Below, in pieces: positions 60,420-64,000 of a stretch of 64,000 nucleotides of DNA. Where the stretch lies: positions 1,550 through 65,549 of the forward strand of contig JAFALY010000030.1 of assembly GCA_019233975.1 (NCBI GenBank), given 5' to 3'. This stretch comes from Alphaproteobacteria bacterium. GTDB lineage: Bacteria > Pseudomonadota > Alphaproteobacteria > UBA9219. The position numbers were made by a program, and so were the translations under genes. How positions within the stretch are numbered: position 1 is the first letter of the stretch; each line of letters opens with the position of its first letter. The notes under the pieces were generated by a model, which saw only the letters and a program-made list of their open reading frames with translations, had not been told where the DNA came from and did no database searches.

Positions 60420-61358
60420 TTGGGGCCGCGCGTGACAGACGCTTCGCAGAAACAGTCTTCTCTCTTTCCGCAATTGGCCAGCACGAAAAGGCATATCGTC
60501 CTTCTGTCCGGTATGTCAGGTGCGGGACTTTCGACGGCGCTGAAATCTTTCGAAGATCTGGGCTATGAGTGCGTTGATAATCTGCGACTTAGCCTGATCC
60601 CGACTTTGATCGAAGATAAGAGCGTCGCGGGACGTGATCTGGCAATTGTCGTTGACACCCGCAACCCCGGCTTTTCCGTCGAAGAACTGCTATCCACCAT
60701 CGAAACGCTGAGCAGCCGCCCTGACTTTGAAGTTAAGCTTCTGTTCCTCGAATGCTCGGACGAGGCCTTGCAGCAACGCTATACCGAAACGCGGCGCAGA
60801 CACCCCATGGCCGTTGATCGCCCCGTAACGGATGGCATCCGCCGCGAACGCGAACTGCTTTGGCGTCTGCGCAACGGTGCGGATCAGGTGATTGACACAT
60901 CCATTCTGTCGATACGCGACCTGCGCCGACAGGTCATGAACCATTTCAATACAAAGAACGCAACCGGTTTAACACTGTTTGTAACGTCATTTTCATACCG
61001 TCACGGCATTCCGCGTGAGGCAGATCTGGTATTCGATGTTCGCTTTCTGGCCAACCCGCATTGGGATACACGGCTGCGCCCCATGAGTGGTCTGGATGAA
61101 GATGTCGCCAATTATATTCGCCGCGATGGCGATTTTCCGTCCTTCATCGACCATATGACGCAATTGCTGACCCCCCTTCTGCCCCGCTATCAGCAAGAGG
61201 GGAAGAGCTATCTGACGATTGCCGTCGGTTGCACTGGCGGGCGTCATCGCTCGGTTTTCGTGGCTGAGCAATTGACCAACATCATCGCATCGCAGGGTTA
61301 TATTGTCGGTGTCGGCCATCGCGACATGGATCGCGGACAGGTATCGGCCAAACAGTGA
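60420..61358 (+). CDS. rapZ: RNase adapter protein RapZ (YhbJ)
   Basis: P-loop GMSGAGLS. C-terminal domain with the conserved GCTGGRHRS motif. Confidence 0.85.
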   Translation: MGPRVTDASQKQSSLFPQLASTKRHIVLLSGMSGAGLSTALKSFEDLGYECVDNLRLSLIPTLIEDKSVAGRDLAIVVDTRNPGFSVEELLSTIETLSSRPDFEVKLLFLECSDEALQQRYTETRRRHPMAVDRPVTDGIRRERELLWRLRNGADQVIDTSILSIRDLRRQVMNHFNTKNATGLTLFVTSFSYRHGIPREADLVFDVRFLANPHWDTRLRPMSGLDEDVANYIRRDGDFPSFIDHMTQLLTPLLPRYQQEGKSYLTIAVGCTGGRHRSVFVAEQLTNIIASQGYIVGVGHRDMDRGQVSAKQ

Positions 61359-61371
61359 GAAGGAGAACGGC

Positions 61372-61782
61372 ATGATTGGTATCGTTATCGTGACACACGG
61401 CAGGATCGGCGAGGAAATGCTGACCGCGCTGAACACCATAGTCGGGCCGCAGGAACAGGCCAGCGCTATCAGCATCGGCAACAATGACGATATGGAAAAA
61501 TCGCGCGACGACATCATGCGCGCCATCACCGAGGTTAACACCGGGGCCGGCGTTATCCTGCTGACCGACATGTTTGGCGGCACACCCAATAATCTGGCCA
61601 TTGCCGCCATGCCGCGCTCGCACGCCGTTGTGATGGCGGGCGTGAATATGCCCATGCTCGTGAAACTGGCCAGCATCCGCGAAACCACGCCCCTGATGGA
61701 TGCCGTTCGCGAAGCGGAAATGGCAGGGCGCAAATACATACAATCCGTTTCCGACAATATCGTTTCAGCGACAGGTACGTAA
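61372..61782 (+). CDS. PTS EIIA component, mannose family
   Basis: MIGIVIVTHGRIGEEML with the phospho-His in THG. ~137 aa. Confidence 0.8.
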   Translation: MIGIVIVTHGRIGEEMLTALNTIVGPQEQASAISIGNNDDMEKSRDDIMRAITEVNTGAGVILLTDMFGGTPNNLAIAAMPRSHAVVMAGVNMPMLVKLASIRETTPLMDAVREAEMAGRKYIQSVSDNIVSATGT

Positions 61783-62078
61783 TGGAACCGCATTCCCCCG
61801 AGCATGTTGACGAATTGTGCATGATGGCCACCATTACAAACCAGCGCGGCCTGCACGCCCGCGCGGCAGCGCGACTGGTGCGCGAGGTTGAGCCGTTCGA
61901 TGCCGAGGTTTTCGTCTGCAAAGACCAGATGCGCGTTTCGGCACGTTCCATCATGGGTCTGATGATGCTAGCCGCCAAGACCGGCACCATGATCCGCCTG
62001 ATCGGCACCGGCAAACAGGCCGCCGAGGCCTTGCAGACCATCGCCGACCTTGTGAAACGGAATTTCGATGAAGAATAA
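61782..62078 (+). CDS. HPr-family phosphocarrier protein
   Basis: ITNQRGLHARAAA with His in GLHARA. ATG overlaps the upstream stop (TAATG). Confidence 0.8.
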   Translation: MEPHSPEHVDELCMMATITNQRGLHARAAARLVREVEPFDAEVFVCKDQMRVSARSIMGLMMLAAKTGTMIRLIGTGKQAAEALQTIADLVKRNFDEE

Positions 62079-63858
62079 GGCAGAAACATACACCGTCAAA
62101 GGCGTCAGCGTTTCACCGGGCATCGCCATCGGTCCCGCCTATATCATCGGCCAGCACGGCGTGCCTGTCCCTGAATATGCCCTGAAAGAAGATGAAATTG
62201 AAAAAGAGCTGAAGCGTCTGCAAAACGCGATCAGTAAAACGCAACGTCAATTGACGCAACTGAAGCAAAAAGCCGAAGGTATGGCCACGGGGTCAGAAGA
62301 TATCATCCTTCTACTGGATGCCTATAAGGGGATGCTGGCGGGCTCGCGCCTGATCCGCGGCACGGAGGAGATGATCCGCAATGACCGCGTCAATGCGGAG
62401 TTCGCTTTGCAGCGTCAGATTGCAGCAATCAAGGCCAGCTTTGCGGAAATGGATGACCCCTATCTGGCGGCACGCGCAGATGACGTGGGCGAGGTTGGCT
62501 CACGCCTTATACGCCATCTGTTGCAACAACATTATAACCCCTTTGCAGATGTTGAACCGGGCAGCATCGTCATTGCGGACGAAGTGACGCCCGCGGACGC
62601 GGCGTTGATGAACCCGCATGATATCCCCGGTTTTGCGACCGTCCTCGGCGGTGCTGAAAGCCATGCAGCCGTTATGGCGCGTGCACTCGGTATGGCATCC
62701 GTCGCCGGCATGCCGGATTTGATGCACAATATTCAGAACGGTGACACTGTCATTCTGGATGGCCGCGAGGGGTTGCTGATCGCCCGCCCGGACAGTGCCA
62801 CGCTGCAAAACTACAAACAGGAATTGGCCCGCAAGGTACGCGAAGATCGTAAGCTGATGGGATTAGCTGATAAACCATCCATTACGACAGATGGCACAGT
62901 TATCACGTTACAGGCCAATCTTGAACTGCCGCGTGATCTGGATATGGCTTTGGAAGTTGGCGCTGCGGGCGTCGGCCTGTTACGCACCGAATTTATGTTT
63001 ATGAACAGGCCCAGCCTACCGGACGAAGACGAACAATATGAAGCGCTGAAGAAAATCGTGCAGCAACTGGACGGCAAGCCCCTGACCGTGCGCACGCTGG
63101 ATGTTGGTGGTGAGAAGCTGGCAACAGCCTTTGGCGAGTCATTGGGTGAAAGCGTTAACCCGGCGCTGGGGTTGCGCGCGATCCGCATCGGCTTGCGCGA
63201 ACCCAAACTTCTGGAAACGCAATTGGCCGCGATTGTGCGCGCTGCCGCCCATGGCCCTGTGCGTATCCTCATTCCCATGGTGTCTTCGGTTGGGCAAATC
63301 CGGCAGGTGCGCGAACATCTGATGCAGGTCGAACGCCGTTTGCACCGGCGCGGCGTAAAAATGCCTTCACATTTGCCGCCGCTGGGGGCCATGATTGAAA
63401 TACCGTCTGCCGCGCTGAGCGCCGATGCACTGGCCCGCGTCTGTGATTTCTTTGCCATCGGCAGCAACGACCTGACCCAATACACATTGGCCATCGACCG
63501 CGGCGATGATCGCGTGGCGGAGCTTTACGACCCCTACCACCCTGCCGTCCTGCGCCTGATCCAGTTTACAGCAGCAGCTGGGTGGCGCGCCAATATCCCT
63601 GTCAGCCTGTGTGGTGAAATAGCAGGTGACCGCCGTGCGACTGCCCTGTTACTCGGTCTTGGCCTGCGTGAATTGTCGATGGGCGCGCTACGTCTGCCTG
63701 CCGTCAAACAGGAAATCCGCAATATGGGCATGCAAAAAGCCTCGCGGTTCGCGGAAAGGATCATGTCCTGCTCAGAAGACGCTGATATTCATGACCTGAT
63801 TCGTAAGGGGATTGAGGAATACGAAGAACCAGCCAAAGTCGTCAGGCGCAAAAGTTAA
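62068..63858 (+). CDS. ptsI: Phosphoenolpyruvate-protein phosphotransferase (Enzyme I)
   Basis: PEP-utilising enzyme motifs (GGAESHAAVMARALG, LCGEIAGD). No N-terminal GAF domain, so this is the EI rather than the PtsP type. Confidence 0.85.
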   Translation: MKNKAETYTVKGVSVSPGIAIGPAYIIGQHGVPVPEYALKEDEIEKELKRLQNAISKTQRQLTQLKQKAEGMATGSEDIILLLDAYKGMLAGSRLIRGTEEMIRNDRVNAEFALQRQIAAIKASFAEMDDPYLAARADDVGEVGSRLIRHLLQQHYNPFADVEPGSIVIADEVTPADAALMNPHDIPGFATVLGGAESHAAVMARALGMASVAGMPDLMHNIQNGDTVILDGREGLLIARPDSATLQNYKQELARKVREDRKLMGLADKPSITTDGTVITLQANLELPRDLDMALEVGAAGVGLLRTEFMFMNRPSLPDEDEQYEALKKIVQQLDGKPLTVRTLDVGGEKLATAFGESLGESVNPALGLRAIRIGLREPKLLETQLAAIVRAAAHGPVRILIPMVSSVGQIRQVREHLMQVERRLHRRGVKMPSHLPPLGAMIEIPSAALSADALARVCDFFAIGSNDLTQYTLAIDRGDDRVAELYDPYHPAVLRLIQFTAAAGWRANIPVSLCGEIAGDRRATALLLGLGLRELSMGALRLPAVKQEIRNMGMQKASRFAERIMSCSEDADIHDLIRKGIEEYEEPAKVVRRKS

Positions 63859-64000
63859 CGCTTTTTCCTTACAAAAAACCCTTAAATAGCAAGATTTTCT
63901 TGCTCCCTAATCACTTTTTAACCATCATTCGTTAAGTAAGGTAAACGAAGGCTTGGTCTTTGCTACAAAAACCAAGTTCTCTGGCGTTTGTAAGGAGTTA

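Noticed and set aside
1-64000. CRISPR arrays, IS elements, integrases, prophage genes, tRNA genes
   Set aside because: No regularly spaced direct repeats, transposase or integrase motifs, or tRNA-like cloverleaf candidates were recognised by eye. The window appears to be core chromosome. A proper tRNA or CRISPR scan was not possible here.

Overview
This window is a GC-rich (~57%) chromosomal segment that looks alphaproteobacterial and consists almost entirely of core and housekeeping genes. About 60 CDS were called by reading the translations. No transposase, integrase, CRISPR array or tRNA was recognised.

Content in order:
- 9..5807: a membrane protein with a Pro/Thr-rich tail, a chorismate-mutase-domain protein, a methyl-accepting chemotaxis protein, a SAM methyltransferase and gloB.
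- 5855..9599: Liv-type ABC genes livG-livF and two tandem substrate-binding proteins, with no permease genes.
- 9609..12927: a YqaA-family membrane protein, then pdxA-purE-purK.
- 13048..14400: a degenerate GGDEF protein and a divergent pair of DUF465 proteins.
- 14482..17636: a flagellar block, fliE-flgC-flgB on the minus strand and a FlhB-C-like gene, orf103, fliO and fliP on the plus strand.
- 17656..23773: a PfkB kinase, hsp20, gltX, comEC and a charged secreted protein.
- 23864..25263: a conserved DUF4164-zapA-(candidate 6S RNA)-ygfA cluster.
- 25327..32574: an EamA transporter, tkt, two rRNA methyltransferases and recG.
- 33006..36945: rpmH-rnpA-yidD followed directly by yejE-yejF with no yidC, then smpB.
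- 37039..41931: a lytic transglycosylase, a small membrane protein, an HNH endonuclease, a lipoprotein and argD.
- 41946..44924: an orphan ABC-2 permease, an M48 protease and an aldose epimerase.
- 50407..58079: a Tim44-like protein, a REC-EAL regulator, a 7TM hybrid histidine kinase, maeB and an orphan Liv-type substrate-binding protein.
- 58284..63858: flp pilin and cpaA, pgk, then rapZ-EIIA(Man)-HPr-ptsI.

The most unusual locus is at 45109..49144. A membrane protein with chemoreceptor architecture (periplasmic helical domain, two TM helices, HAMP, long coiled coil) but no recognisable signalling domain is translationally coupled to a Bacillus-like TagD and a TagB/TagF-family glycerophosphotransferase. 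This suggests an undescribed glycerol-phosphate polymer or modification system in a Gram-negative.

Other points worth a second look:
- CtrA-type boxes (TTAA-N7-TTAAC) in the DUF465 and flagellar intergenic regions.
- An HNH endonuclease preceded by an array of TGAAAC/GTTTCA hexamers.
- A degenerate GGDEF protein with an AADEF motif.
- A putative 6S RNA placed by synteny only.
- Three incomplete ABC systems.
- Two low-GC islets carrying small ORFs.
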